Shown: positions 54,229-64,000 of the stretch, one piece after another | Numbering within the stretch: position 1 is the first letter of the stretch | Layout: each line of letters begins with the position of its first letter | Assembly: GCA_964528395.1 (NCBI GenBank) | Contig: CAZGTC010000005.1 | Location: 80,840-144,839 of the forward strand | DNA: 64,000 nt | DNA from: an uncultured bacterium | GTDB lineage: Bacteria; Margulisbacteria; WOR-1; CAZGTC01 | Direction of reading: 5' to 3' | Translations under genes and position numbers: made by a program | The notes under the pieces: model-generated | Seen by the model: the letters and a program-made list of their open reading frames with translations, nothing else | What the model was told of the DNA's origin: nothing | Database searches by the model: none

Positions 54229-54960
54229 GTGAATGCCAAGACAACGACAAAAAGAAATATCGCGCCGCAGAATTCGACGTCGCAAAAGATTAAAACAGAA
54301 AAACTCAAAATAAATCCGAAAAGCCTTTTGCTTAGCACAATTTATAAAGCTCTGTTTAAAAAGTTTGGTCCGCAGGGGTGGTGGCCGGGTGATACGCCGC
54401 TTGAGATAGCCATTGGCGCGATTTTGACCCAGCAAACTACTTGGAAAAATGTGGAAAAAGCCATTGCCAGCCTAAAAAAAGCCAAAGCTTTGTCAGCTAA
54501 GGCGATTTGGGATCTGCCGGATAAAGAAGTTGAAGCTTTAATCCGTTCGGCAGGGTATTTCCGCCAAAAAACCAAAAAATTAAAAATATTTTGCCAGCAT
54601 CTTTTGCGTTATTATGATGGAAAAATTGAAGCTTTGGTGGAAAAACCTTTAGAAGAAGCTAGAAAAGAACTTTTGCACCTTTGGGGCATTGGCGATGAAA
54701 CCGCGGATTCAATCCTCTGCTATGCCGGGAACCGCAAAACTTTTGTAATTGATGCTTATACCAAGAGAATCTTTTCCCGCTTAAAAATTCTTACCACCGA
54801 CAGCTATGAAAAGCTCAAGCGCTTTTGCGAAGAAAAACTTCCGCAAGATTTATATGTTTATCAGGAATTTCACGCGCTCCTGGTTGCTTTGGGAAAAGAT
54901 TTTTGCAAGCCTCGGCCGAAGTGCGACAAATGCCCGCTTTCCAAGGCTTGCAGGGCCTAG
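54229..54960 (+). CDS. endonuclease III-related HhH-GPD protein
   Basis: GPQGWWPG, GAILTQQTTW, LWGIGDETADSI, FVIDAYT, C-x5-C-x2-C-x5-C; GTG start at 54229 assumed. Confidence 0.88.
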   Translation: MNAKTTTKRNIAPQNSTSQKIKTEKLKINPKSLLLSTIYKALFKKFGPQGWWPGDTPLEIAIGAILTQQTTWKNVEKAIASLKKAKALSAKAIWDLPDKEVEALIRSAGYFRQKTKKLKIFCQHLLRYYDGKIEALVEKPLEEARKELLHLWGIGDETADSILCYAGNRKTFVIDAYTKRIFSRLKILTTDSYEKLKRFCEEKLPQDLYVYQEFHALLVALGKDFCKPRPKCDKCPLSKACRA

Positions 54961-55012
54961 CTTAAATAGCGTATAATATCTCTTCCAAATTCGTTTTCCG
55001 GAGGGTATTTTT

Positions 55013-58000
55013 TTGGCTAAAAAAAAGAAAAATGACAGCGCCTGGCGCAGCACCTTCTTTTACTTTTTACTGCTATTAATTGCTTTATCCTTGTTCGCGC
55101 CGTTTTTTAGCGCTCCGCGCAATGTTGCTGAAGTTAATTTTTCTGATTTTCTCAACCAAGTTGACCAGGGCAAGATCAGCCAGATCACGGTTAAGGGCGA
55201 TATTGTAGAAGGGAAATATAATGATGGAAAAGCCTTTCGCACCCGAGCCCTAAATTATCCAAATCTAGTCCAAAACCTGCGGGAAAAAGGCGTGAGCATA
55301 AAAGTAGAAGAACCCGCAGATTCTTCTTGGTTTTTCAACCTGTTTGTCCAAATTCTTTTGCCTCTGCTTTTCTTTGTGGGATTATGGTTCCTAATCATGC
55401 GCCAGGCCCAGGGGGTCAATTCCCAGGCCATGTCTTTTGGCATGTATAAAGGCAAAGCAGTTACAAGCAAAGCAGAAGTTACGTTCAAAGATGTTGCTGG
55501 GGTAGATGAGGCTAAAGAAGAGCTTGAAGAAATTGTTGATTTCCTCAAGCACCCGGAAAAATTCCGCGCCCTAGGGGCCCGCATTCCGCGCGGCCTGCTT
55601 TTGGTCGGGGCTCCGGGAACCGGTAAAACGCTTTTAGCGCGGGCGATTGCCGGCGAAGCTGGAGTTCCGTTCTTTTCGCTTTCGGGTTCGGATTTTGTCG
55701 AAATGTTTGTCGGAGTTGGAGCTTCTGTAACCGGAGATACTCCAGTTTTGGTCAGAGATAAAGAAAAAACCAGATTAATTCCTATCTCTGAATTTGTTGA
55801 TAATTATTATGATCAAGATCAGCAAGGTTACCCAATCAAAATTGAAGGGATTGAAACATTAGGATTTCAAGGAAAAAATTCTAGCCAATACTCTTCAGAA
55901 GATAAATTTTTTGGAGGTTCTGCTTGGAAAAAAGTTGATGCGGTTTATCGGCATAAGGTAGAAAAAATTTATGAGATCCACTATTTAGGCGGAACGATTA
56001 GAACAACCGGAGATCACAGTATTTTTGTGCGCGATAAAAATAGGTTAAAGATAAAAAAAGCTTCCGAACTAAAAATTGGAGATAAATTAGTAAATCTTCC
56101 TTATAAAGTTAGGGGGAAGTTTTTGAAAGGCTTGGGAACTTTTCACCATGTAAGGGCACATAGTTTTCCTCAAGAGATTGAGCTGGAATTAGAAATGTGG
56201 GATGAATTGCCGCAGTGGTTTAATAAATATACTTATGCTGTTGCTAGTCAGGGGAAAATGGCTACCCAGGAAGTAGCTTCTAATGTAGGGGTTTCTTCTA
56301 CGACGATTTTAAACTGGCAAAAAGAAATTTGTTCTCCTGAATATCTTGCGAGAAGGTTAAAATATCCTAATTTACCGGAAAAAATCCTACTTACACCTGA
56401 TCTCTTAAAGCTTTTTGGTTATTATACTGCCGAAGGTAGGGCGGGAGGATATCTAGAGTTTATTTTTGGATCCCATGAGAAAGATCATATAAGTGAAATA
56501 ATAACATTAATGAAAAGTATTTTTCATTGCGAACCAAAACTAGAAGATACCCCAGATAATTCAACACGAATAAAATATTATTTTGCCCCTTTAGCGCATT
56601 TTTTTAGGAGATATTGCGGCACTGGAAGTGCGAATAAGCATGTGCCGGATTTTATTTGGGATTTGCCTTATAAGTATTTTCTGGCTTATTTAGAGGGGTG
56701 GGGGAATGGGGACGGCTATATAACCCAAGAGAAAAAACTGAGCATTACTTCTGTAAGTCATCAATTAATCCTTGAAATGAATTGGCTTTGTGCTATGCAT
56801 GGGATTAAGGCTGGAATTAGATCTGGAAAAAATAAATGCGGCAGGATATTAAAAAATCGACCTTTGCCTGAAACAAATTATTGGAATTTAATTATTGGAA
56901 AAACAGCGAATCCTTTTACGGATGAAAATATAGATTGTCCAGATCAAATGAAAAAACCATACGTTAAAAAAATTGTAATAAAAGATTATGATGGATTTGT
57001 TTATGATCTTTGTGGTTGTGAAAATGAGGCTTTTTTTGGGGGAGAAAAACCGATTTTATTACATAATAGTAGGGTTAGATCCCTATTTAACCAAGCCAAA
57101 AAACAAGCTCCAGCCATTATTTTTATGGATGAGATTGATGCCGTGGGCCGGCATCGCGGCGCAGGGTTGGGGGGCGGACACGATGAAAGAGAGCAGACTT
57201 TAAACCAGTTGCTGGTTGAAATGGATGGATTTGATGCTAATACCAATATTATTATTATCGCAGCAACCAACCGCCCGGATATCTTAGATCCAGCGCTGCT
57301 GCGTCCGGGCCGCTTTGACCGCACCATTACTATTGATAAGCCCGATATCAAAGGCCGCCGGGCAATTTTGGATATCCATGCCAAGGGAAAACCCTTGGGA
57401 AAGGACATAGATTTAGAAATTATTGCCCGCCGCACCCCGGGTTTTACTGGGGCAGACTTGGCGAATATTATGAATGAATCCGCAATTTTGGCTGCGCGCT
57501 GCAATAAAAAAGAAATCAATATGCCGGAGGCTGAAGAAGCGGTTGACCGGGTTATGGCCGGGCCGCAGAAAAAAAGCCGCGTGATGCAGGATAAAGAAAA
57601 AAAAGTTATTGCTTACCACGAAGTCGGGCATGCGCTTTTGTCCAAGCTCTTGCCCAATGTTGATTCAGTGCACAAAATTTCGGTTTTGCCGCGCGGCATG
57701 GCGCTGGGCTATACCCTGCAGCTGCCCGAGCAGGATAAGCACTTGCTTTCAAAATCCGAAGCTACAGAGCAAATTGTGGTGCTTTTGGGAGGGCGGGTGG
57801 CAGAGGAAATTGTTTTTGGCGAAATTACGTCAGGCGCGCAAAATGATTTAGAGAGAGCAACTGCCATGGCTAAAAAAATGGTTTGCGAAATGGGCATGAG
57901 TTCTTTAGGATTGCGCACTTTTGGCCACCGCGACCGCCAGGTGTTTTTGGGGCGGGATTTTGGGGAGACTAAAGATTATGGTGATTTGACTGCAGATGCC

Positions 58001-58165
58001 ATTGATAAAGAGATCAATAGCATTATTAATGATTGCTACCATAGAGCTAAAGAAATTTTGAGCAAGAACCGTTCCCAAATGGATGAAGTTGCAACTCTTC
58101 TAATGGAAAAAGAAACTCTCGAAGGCGGAAACTTGGCTGAAGTCCTAAAAAGCCTGATGGTTTAA
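55013..58165 (+). CDS. ftsH: ATP-dependent zinc metalloprotease FtsH, intein-containing
   Basis: Two TM helices, [42 protein letters not shown]; 602 aa extein after removing the intein. Confidence 0.97.
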   Translation: MAKKKKNDSAWRSTFFYFLLLLIALSLFAPFFSAPRNVAEVNFSDFLNQVDQGKISQITVKGDIVEGKYNDGKAFRTRALNYPNLVQNLREKGVSIKVEEPADSSWFFNLFVQILLPLLFFVGLWFLIMRQAQGVNSQAMSFGMYKGKAVTSKAEVTFKDVAGVDEAKEELEEIVDFLKHPEKFRALGARIPRGLLLVGAPGTGKTLLARAIAGEAGVPFFSLSGSDFVEMFVGVGASVTGDTPVLVRDKEKTRLIPISEFVDNYYDQDQQGYPIKIEGIETLGFQGKNSSQYSSEDKFFGGSAWKKVDAVYRHKVEKIYEIHYLGGTIRTTGDHSIFVRDKNRLKIKKASELKIGDKLVNLPYKVRGKFLKGLGTFHHVRAHSFPQEIELELEMWDELPQWFNKYTYAVASQGKMATQEVASNVGVSSTTILNWQKEICSPEYLARRLKYPNLPEKILLTPDLLKLFGYYTAEGRAGGYLEFIFGSHEKDHISEIITLMKSIFHCEPKLEDTPDNSTRIKYYFAPLAHFFRRYCGTGSANKHVPDFIWDLPYKYFLAYLEGWGNGDGYITQEKKLSITSVSHQLILEMNWLCAMHGIKAGIRSGKNKCGRILKNRPLPETNYWNLIIGKTANPFTDENIDCPDQMKKPYVKKIVIKDYDGFVYDLCGCENEAFFGGEKPILLHNSRVRSLFNQAKKQAPAIIFMDEIDAVGRHRGAGLGGGHDEREQTLNQLLVEMDGFDANTNIIIIAATNRPDILDPALLRPGRFDRTITIDKPDIKGRRAILDIHAKGKPLGKDIDLEIIARRTPGFTGADLANIMNESAILAARCNKKEINMPEAEEAVDRVMAGPQKKSRVMQDKEKKVIAYHEVGHALLSKLLPNVDSVHKISVLPRGMALGYTLQLPEQDKHLLSKSEATEQIVVLLGGRVAEEIVFGEITSGAQNDLERATAMAKKMVCEMGMSSLGLRTFGHRDRQVFLGRDFGETKDYGDLTADAIDKEINSIINDCYHRAKEILSKNRSQMDEVATLLMEKETLEGGNLAEVLKSLMV
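55724..57067 (+). mobile_element. 448 aa intein with LAGLIDADG homing endonuclease
   Basis: GVGA|[10 protein letters not shown] ... TTGDHSIF ... LFGYYTAEG ... [10 protein letters not shown] ... [20 protein letters not shown]|SRVR; AT-richer than flanks. Confidence 0.93.
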
Positions 58166-58170
58166 CTTTT

Positions 58171-58998
58171 ATGCCGGATGCTTTAATCGAATGCATTCCC
58201 AATTTTTCCGAAGGCCGGGATGAGAAAAAAATTTCTGCTATTGCTGCTGCGGTAAAAAATACCCCCCAAATCAAATTTTTGGACCTGCACAGCGATATTG
58301 ACCATAACCGCTCGGTCATTACTTTCATGGGCTCTCCTTTAGCGGTTAAAACCGCTGCCTACAATTTAGCAGCCAAGGCTTTTGAACTGATTGATATTTC
58401 CAAACACGAGGGCGTGCATCCTTTTATAGGGGCGGTGGATGTTATGCCTTTTGTGCCGCTGAAAAATTCTTCAATTGATGATTGCTGCGCTTTGGCCAAG
58501 GATTTGGGCCAGATGATCTGGAAAAATTTTCAAGTGCCGGTTTATTTTTACGGATATGCAGCGCAGATTGAGGCCAGAAAAGATCTGGCTTATGTTAGAA
58601 AAGGGGGATATAAGACTCTCGTATCTGAGATAAAAAATCCAAAGCGGGTCCCGGATATTGGAAATTCCCAAATGCATCCAACGGCTGGGGCGATTGCGAT
58701 TGGCGCCCGGGATTTCCTCATTGCGTATAACATCAATCTTAAGTCGGATAACTTGGAAGCAGCCAAAGAAATTGCCAAAAGCATTCGGGAAAAAAATGGG
58801 GGTTTACAAGGGGTAAAAGCCCTTGGGGTATTTTTACCTTCGCGCAATATTGCCCAAGTTACGGTCAATATCACCAATCATCGCGAAACAACTATGGATC
58901 AAGTCTTGTCGCAGGTTGAAAAAAAAGCACGAGAAAAAGGGATAGAGATTTTGGACACCGAAATAGTTGGCCTCTTGCCAAAAGATCTTCCAGTTTAA
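58171..58998 (+). CDS. ftcD: glutamate formimidoyltransferase
   Basis: ECIPNFSEGRD, DHNRSVIT, HEGVHP..GAVDVMPFVP, GARDFLIAYNINL. Confidence 0.92.
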   Translation: MPDALIECIPNFSEGRDEKKISAIAAAVKNTPQIKFLDLHSDIDHNRSVITFMGSPLAVKTAAYNLAAKAFELIDISKHEGVHPFIGAVDVMPFVPLKNSSIDDCCALAKDLGQMIWKNFQVPVYFYGYAAQIEARKDLAYVRKGGYKTLVSEIKNPKRVPDIGNSQMHPTAGAIAIGARDFLIAYNINLKSDNLEAAKEIAKSIREKNGGLQGVKALGVFLPSRNIAQVTVNITNHRETTMDQVLSQVEKKAREKGIEILDTEIVGLLPKDLPV

Positions 58999-60497
58999 TT
59001 TTTCACAGCATTGGATTTACGGCAAATAACAATGGCATTGCTGACTTTTATTTCACTGCCATTGACCGGGGTATTTAAAAGTTTATCATTTAAAACCAGG
59101 GTCGAAGATCCGCCACCATCTAAATTCATGGCTTCAAAAGCTCCGAGGAATTGCAAAATGCGGGCGGTTTCTTCCAGCGTGGTTCCGCGGCTGTTGTTTT
59201 TATTCTTATCTCCTTTTCGGATCAGCCCGTCAACAGCTAAAAAGATAATGTTTTGCTCTGGAGTTATGCCAATTGCGGAACGCGCCGCCCGGCTATAGGC
59301 AATATCCGGCCGGAACTGTTCGCTGAATTTAGCCACGTAAGGGCTGCCGCCTTTGATTAAGCGCGGCCCCCCGCCCAAAAGGTGCTTTACAGCACTATTT
59401 TTATGGTAAGAAAAAGGGAATAAGCTGATTTTTAAAGTAATCTTGTCCGTAACTTTTAAATTTTGCGAGATAAATTCTAGGGGTTCGCCGGAAATGCTAA
59501 TAACATAAGCATTATCTGGAATGTCAGTCCCCCCTCCGGTTTTTATTTCTGTAACGCGCGAATTTTCAACTACAATATCCAGGTCGGATGGTTTTGACGG
59601 GATTTTTTTCCCAAACTCTTCGGTATACAGGTTAACTCCGTTGGTTCGAGATTGGGAATTGATGGTAGTGATGTTGTAGCGAGTTTTATCATTGACCAAA
59701 AAATAATGATCAGCATCAAAGTTGTCTACAAAATATTCGCGGCTGGCGGTTACCCCAAAAGCCGTGCGCTGGAACATTGGGCTGGATAAGAGAGTCTGGT
59801 CGATCATGACCAGGCCCAGAGGATAGCCCCGCGAGCTGAAATAACCGCCGTTAATTCCGGCAATAGCATCATTATCCTTAACGATTTTCCTGACGGTCCT
59901 AGGCTTAAAAACAGTTTGTTTTTTTTCTTTTTCAGCCGGGATGAAAAATTGGAAGAGGGTTTCCCAAAGGGTATCTTCTTCTTCGCGGGCCATGGCGGGT
60001 TTTAGTTCAAAATAGCGAGGGTCAGCCTTCAGGGCAAAAACGCGGGAAAATTCTTTGCCCCGGCGGTGCATGATTTTATAATAAATCAATCCTTTTTCAA
60101 TTTGTTTCTGCTCGATGATTCCAATGGTTTCTTTGGGAAAATCAATTACCAGGCGGGGCGGGGAATCAAGGGTAAAATCAATGCATTCCGCATCTTCATA
60201 TCCAGGGAGAATAACTTTTAAGCTGGAGTTTTCTTTTTTTATCTCAATGAAAGAGTTGTCTTCTTTAATTTTTATTTTTTTCTTGGTTTTCTTGGCTTTT
60301 TTTGTATGGGGCAGGACAAGGACAAAATTATCTTCTTCCTGGTTGATAGAATATTCAGGGATGCGGTTAAGATCCAGTACAACTCTTAAATTTTGGGAAG
60401 AAAAGTCATAGCGGATGTTTTTTAGGATAGCTTCTTGTCCGAAGGCCAAAGATGCGATGAAAAACCAAAATAAGATTTTTAAGCAGGTTTTGCGCAT
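58995..60497 (-). CDS. AMIN-domain phosphodiester glycosidase (NAGPA-like) protein
   Basis: Signal peptide, RVVLDL/PPRLVIDF, GINGGYF, GGGPRL, ARSAIG, NLDGGGSS; start reassigned to 60497. Confidence 0.85.
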   Translation of the reverse strand: MRKTCLKILFWFFIASLAFGQEAILKNIRYDFSSQNLRVVLDLNRIPEYSINQEEDNFVLVLPHTKKAKKTKKKIKIKEDNSFIEIKKENSSLKVILPGYEDAECIDFTLDSPPRLVIDFPKETIGIIEQKQIEKGLIYYKIMHRRGKEFSRVFALKADPRYFELKPAMAREEEDTLWETLFQFFIPAEKEKKQTVFKPRTVRKIVKDNDAIAGINGGYFSSRGYPLGLVMIDQTLLSSPMFQRTAFGVTASREYFVDNFDADHYFLVNDKTRYNITTINSQSRTNGVNLYTEEFGKKIPSKPSDLDIVVENSRVTEIKTGGGTDIPDNAYVISISGEPLEFISQNLKVTDKITLKISLFPFSYHKNSAVKHLLGGGPRLIKGGSPYVAKFSEQFRPDIAYSRAARSAIGITPEQNIIFLAVDGLIRKGDKNKNNSRGTTLEETARILQFLGAFEAMNLDGGGSSTLVLNDKLLNTPVNGSEIKVSNAIVICRKSNAVKN

Positions 60498-61312
60498 GAT
60501 TTTATTTTGCTGATGACCTCGCTGATAACCCAGTCCGGGGTAGAGGCGCCAGCAGTTATGCCGATTTTTTGCTTGCCCATAAACCATTTGTCATTGAGCT
60601 CTTGCGCAGTTTGGATCTGGAAGGTTTGGCAGTTATTTTCTTCGCATAATTCTTTGAGGCGCTTGGTATTGGCACTTAATTGGTCGCCGATAACCAGCAT
60701 GAGGTCAACGCGCCGGGCTAGGCCAATGGCTGCGTTCTGCCGAAATTCCGTGGCTTTGCAGATGGTATTAAAGATTTTCACTTCTTGGGCTTTGATGCTT
60801 TGGGATATTTCGTTGAATTTTTTCTGGGACTGGGTGGTTTGTGCAATCACCCCGATCTTATCTTTTTTTGGAATCTCGTCCACATGGTTTACTACGCTGG
60901 CTTGGTGGTTGGCCCAGCCCAAAACCCCTTCAACTTCGCGGTGGCCCTTGTCCCCAACCACAACTACATGAAAGCCTTCTTCGCTCAAAGATTTAGCCAG
61001 TTTTTGGGCTTTGGCAACCCAAGGGCAGGTGGTATCAACAATGGTATAGCCTTTTTCTGCAGCTTCGCTGATCACTTTGGGGCTGACGCCATGCGCGCTT
61101 ATGATAAGGATAGCTTTTTCTTCTTTAACATGCTCGATCTTTTTTATAATTTTTATGCCGAGTTTTTCTAATTCTTTAATGACTTCAGCATTGTGTACTA
61201 AATCTCCAAGGATATAAACCGGCAGGTTGTTTTTGGCTTGTTCTTTGGCCATGCGGTAGGCCCTTTGCACGCCTTCGCAAAAGCCCGAATGTTCAGCGAT
61301 GAAAATTTCCAT
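60479..61312 (-). CDS. ispH: 4-hydroxy-3-methylbut-2-enyl diphosphate reductase
   Basis: GFCEGV, VHN, SAHGV, DTTCPWV, AQTTQ, NTICKAT, SANTKRL, GITAGASTP; start reassigned to 61312. Confidence 0.96.
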   Translation of the reverse strand: MEIFIAEHSGFCEGVQRAYRMAKEQAKNNLPVYILGDLVHNAEVIKELEKLGIKIIKKIEHVKEEKAILIISAHGVSPKVISEAAEKGYTIVDTTCPWVAKAQKLAKSLSEEGFHVVVVGDKGHREVEGVLGWANHQASVVNHVDEIPKKDKIGVIAQTTQSQKKFNEISQSIKAQEVKIFNTICKATEFRQNAAIGLARRVDLMLVIGDQLSANTKRLKELCEENNCQTFQIQTAQELNDKWFMGKQKIGITAGASTPDWVISEVISKIKSCAKPA

Positions 61313-61322
61313 ATAAAGGTCT

Positions 61323-62495
61323 TTATTTTGAAAAGCTGATGCCGGCCTGTTTAAGCCTGATAATTGCTTCTTTGATGCGTTCTTTGTTGATGGTAATGGC
61401 CAGGCGGACGAATCCTTCGCCTTGTTCTCCGTAACCCGTTCCAGGAACAACTAGTATCCCGCATTTTGACAAAAGGTGATCAGCAAAAGAAACAGAAGTA
61501 AAATTTTTGGGAACTGGGGCAAAAATATAAAAAGCAGCTCGGGGCGGGGTTATTTCCCAGCCTAGATTATTCAATCCCCCAATAATTAAATCACGCCGTT
61601 CCTGCCAAATTTTATTATTTGCATCAATACATTCTTGCGGCCCGGTTAAAGCGGTTACTGCGCAGGCTTGGATGGCTTTGTAGGCGCCAGAGTCAATATT
61701 AGTTTTTACAGTTGAAAGGGCGCGGATAGCTTCAGCATTGCCAACCGCCATGCCGATGCGGTGTGCGGTCATATTATAAGTTTTTGAAAGCGAATGGAAT
61801 TCAATGGCAATATCTTTAGCTCCCGGAATTTCAAAAATGCTTTGGGGCTTATATCCGTCATAAGCAATTTCAGAATAAGCCAGGTCTGAACAAAGCAAAA
61901 TATCGTATTCCTTGCAGAATTCAACTGCTTCTTTCAAGGTTTTTTCCGGGGCACTGGCGCCAGTTGGGTTGTTAGGATAATTAATAAACAGAATTTTGGC
62001 TTTTTGGGCTGTGTCCGGGTCAATGTCAGAAAAATCCGGCAAGAAATTATTCTCCGGCCTTAATTTAAAAATAAAAGGTTTTCCATTGGCAAGAAGCGTC
62101 CCAATTTTATAAACCGGATAAGCAGGATCTGGACACAAAGCAATGTCTCCGGGGTCAACAAAAGCTGGAAAAATATGGGCAATGCCTTCTTTGGACCCGA
62201 TCAGGGAGATAACTTCATTTTCCGGGTCAAGATCTATGCCAAAGCGTTTTTTGTACCAGGCGGCAACCGCGCGTCGAAAAGCCTTGGTGCCTTCGTAAGG
62301 CGGGTAGCCGTGCGAGTCCGGGTCATCAATAGCGCGATGCAAACTTTCAGTAATATGTTTAGGCGTGGGCAGGTCGGGATCCCCGATGCCGAAATTGATA
62401 ATGTCTACGCCTTTGGAGATAAGTTCCGCTTTCTTTTTATCGATTTGCGCAAAAAGATAAGGCGGGATAAGTTCTAATTTTTTTGCTTTCCTCAT
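61323..62495 (-). CDS. dapL: LL-diaminopimelate aminotransferase
   Basis: PPYLFA, GIGDPDLPTP, GSKEGIAH, NYPNNPTGA, FHSLSKTYNMT; adjacent to dapF. Confidence 0.88.
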   Translation of the reverse strand: MRKAKKLELIPPYLFAQIDKKKAELISKGVDIINFGIGDPDLPTPKHITESLHRAIDDPDSHGYPPYEGTKAFRRAVAAWYKKRFGIDLDPENEVISLIGSKEGIAHIFPAFVDPGDIALCPDPAYPVYKIGTLLANGKPFIFKLRPENNFLPDFSDIDPDTAQKAKILFINYPNNPTGASAPEKTLKEAVEFCKEYDILLCSDLAYSEIAYDGYKPQSIFEIPGAKDIAIEFHSLSKTYNMTAHRIGMAVGNAEAIRALSTVKTNIDSGAYKAIQACAVTALTGPQECIDANNKIWQERRDLIIGGLNNLGWEITPPRAAFYIFAPVPKNFTSVSFADHLLSKCGILVVPGTGYGEQGEGFVRLAITINKERIKEAIIRLKQAGISFSK

Positions 62496-63349
62496 ATTTT
62501 ATAAGCTCCTTCAAAAACATATTCAGCATTGCCGCGCATAACCACGTGGTTGTCTTCTTTTTCCCATTCGATTTCCAAGTCTCCTCCCGGCAAATGGACC
62601 AGGACTTTGGTATCCAGGAGTTTGTTAAGGATTCCAGCCACACAACAGGCGCACGCCCCGGTGCCGCAAGCCAGTGTTATGCCCGCGCCCCGCTCCCAAA
62701 CTTTTACAGAAATATCCTGGCGATTATTGATTTTTACAAATTCCACATTGGTGCTTTGGGGAAAAATCGGATGGGTTTCAATTTGCGGACCGATTTTTTC
62801 CAGGTCTATTGTTTCTAGGTCATCGACAAAAATAACACAATGGGGGTTGCCCATAGAAACCGCATTAATTTGAAAGGTTTTCCCCTCTACTTCTAATGCT
62901 TCATTGAGAACTTTTTCTTTTTCATCTCCCAGCATCGGGATTTTTGATCTTTTTAAGATCGGGATTCCCATATCTACTTCCATGCCTTGCATTTCATCAT
63001 TTTCGAGCAAATAAGCAATAACTTTTATGCCGGCTTTGGTTTCTACCGATAGGATTTCTTTGCGTTCTTCGGGCTTGGTTTGGTCAAAAATGTATTTTGC
63101 AAAGCAGCGGATGCCGTTGCCGCACATTTCAGGCTCGGTGCCATCAGGATTAAAAATTTGCATCTTAACCGCGGCTTTTTCCGAAGGCCAGATGATTAAC
63201 AGGCCATCTGCTCCAATGCCAAAATGGCGGTCGCACATGGAAATTGCCAGCTCTTTTAGGTTGATTTCTTCTAGTTTTTCTTCGCGGGAATCAATGATGA
63301 TAAAATCATTCCCAATTCCCTGCAATTTTTTGAATTTTAAGCTTTTCAT
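62492..63349 (-). CDS. dapF: diaminopimelate epimerase
   Basis: GIGNDF, GIGADG, EMCGNGIRC, SMGNPH, ERGAGITLACGTGAC. Confidence 0.97.
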   Translation of the reverse strand: MKSLKFKKLQGIGNDFIIIDSREEKLEEINLKELAISMCDRHFGIGADGLLIIWPSEKAAVKMQIFNPDGTEPEMCGNGIRCFAKYIFDQTKPEERKEILSVETKAGIKVIAYLLENDEMQGMEVDMGIPILKRSKIPMLGDEKEKVLNEALEVEGKTFQINAVSMGNPHCVIFVDDLETIDLEKIGPQIETHPIFPQSTNVEFVKINNRQDISVKVWERGAGITLACGTGACACCVAGILNKLLDTKVLVHLPGGDLEIEWEKEDNHVVMRGNAEYVFEGAYKI

Positions 63350-63369
63350 AGTGTATATATTATAGCAGA

Positions 63370-63726
63370 TTATTCAAAATAGCTGGCGCAGGCAGAATCC
63401 GATTCCCAAACCGCGACTTTTGAGAGCCCCTTTGCCTGCGGCTTGAGGATTACATAAATGATCCGCGCCAAATTTTCTGCGGACGGGTTTTCTATTTTAA
63501 AATATTTTAGCTGGCAGAGGTCTTGATGGTCGAATATCTGCAGGGCATCAGACAGGATTTTTTTTAGGGTTTTAAAGTCGCTTAAAAGCCCGAGCTTGTC
63601 CAGCTTTTTCCCTTGTACAACAATTTCGACCTTAAAAGTATGGCCGTGCAGGTTTTCACACGGGCCTTCATAGCCTTTGAGGGCATGGGCTGCAGAAAAA
63701 GAACCTTTAACTTTTAATTCGTACAT
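63370..63726 (-). CDS. queD: 6-carboxytetrahydropterin synthase
   Basis: FSAAH, CENLHGH, NPSAENLA, VWES. Confidence 0.93.
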   Translation of the reverse strand: MYELKVKGSFSAAHALKGYEGPCENLHGHTFKVEIVVQGKKLDKLGLLSDFKTLKKILSDALQIFDHQDLCQLKYFKIENPSAENLARIIYVILKPQAKGLSKVAVWESDSACASYFE

Positions 63727-64000
63727 TTTTCACGCTTCCAATTTGTTTTCCGAGCAGCCGGCTGCCAACCTCTTGAAATTGAAGGGGTTGCGAGGTTGTA
63801 TAATAAGTATAGCTGGGTTTTTGCCTTTTGTCTGCGAGAAGATTAAGCTTTGCCATCTCGTTTTTGGCTTCTTTTATGACTGCAACTGCTGGATCAACCA
63901 ATTTAATTTTTAAGCCAATAACTTCTTGGATGGCTTGGCTTAAGTGCGGGTAGTGGGTGCAGCCCAAAATTATAGTATCAATATCTTTTTCTATCAAAGG
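63707..64000 (-). CDS. murI: glutamate racemase (5' end beyond the window)
   Basis: DTIILGCTHYP, LVDPA. Confidence 0.85.
   Translation of the reverse strand, partial: PLIEKDIDTIILGCTHYPHLSQAIQEVIGLKIKLVDPAVAVIKEAKNEMAKLNLLADKRQKPSYTYYTTSQPLQFQEVGSRLLGKQIGSVKNVRIKS

Noticed and set aside
1-64000. tRNA, rRNA, prophage or transposase genes
   Set aside because: None recognised; intergenic gaps are small and accounted for.

Overview
Bacterial chromosomal window. The gene repertoire (LL-DAP aminotransferase, PorV-like barrel next to an FlgD-Ig-tailed surface protein, many orphan HEAT proteins) suggests a diderm candidate-phylum organism such as Saganbacteria/Margulisbacteria; this is inference only. 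A housekeeping backbone (parAB, plsC, aroE, purE, iscRSU-mnmA, mtnA, rsmG, btuFCD, queA/tgt/queD, intein-containing ftsH, ispH, dapL/dapF, murI) is interrupted by visibly AT-richer orphan genes: a protein with about 12 TALE-like 35-36 aa repeats (3241-5241); a 15.6 kb cluster of nine co-oriented HEAT, zincin, kinase, beta-barrel-like and Cys-domain genes (7226-22857); a HAD+PRTase-like fusion (35706-38474); and a PP2C-like phosphatase (51643-52917). Several of these scattered orphans share an upstream GAAATTT(T/C)-N11-xxCGATA(A/G) motif with sigma28-type spacing and have unusual N-termini, suggesting a co-regulated, effector-like arsenal. Also present: an AbiE toxin-antitoxin pair, an internally deleted methyltransferase pseudogene, several REP-like palindrome families and heptamer microsatellites, some inserted in-frame in housekeeping genes. 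No rRNA, tRNA, CRISPR array or transposase was recognised.
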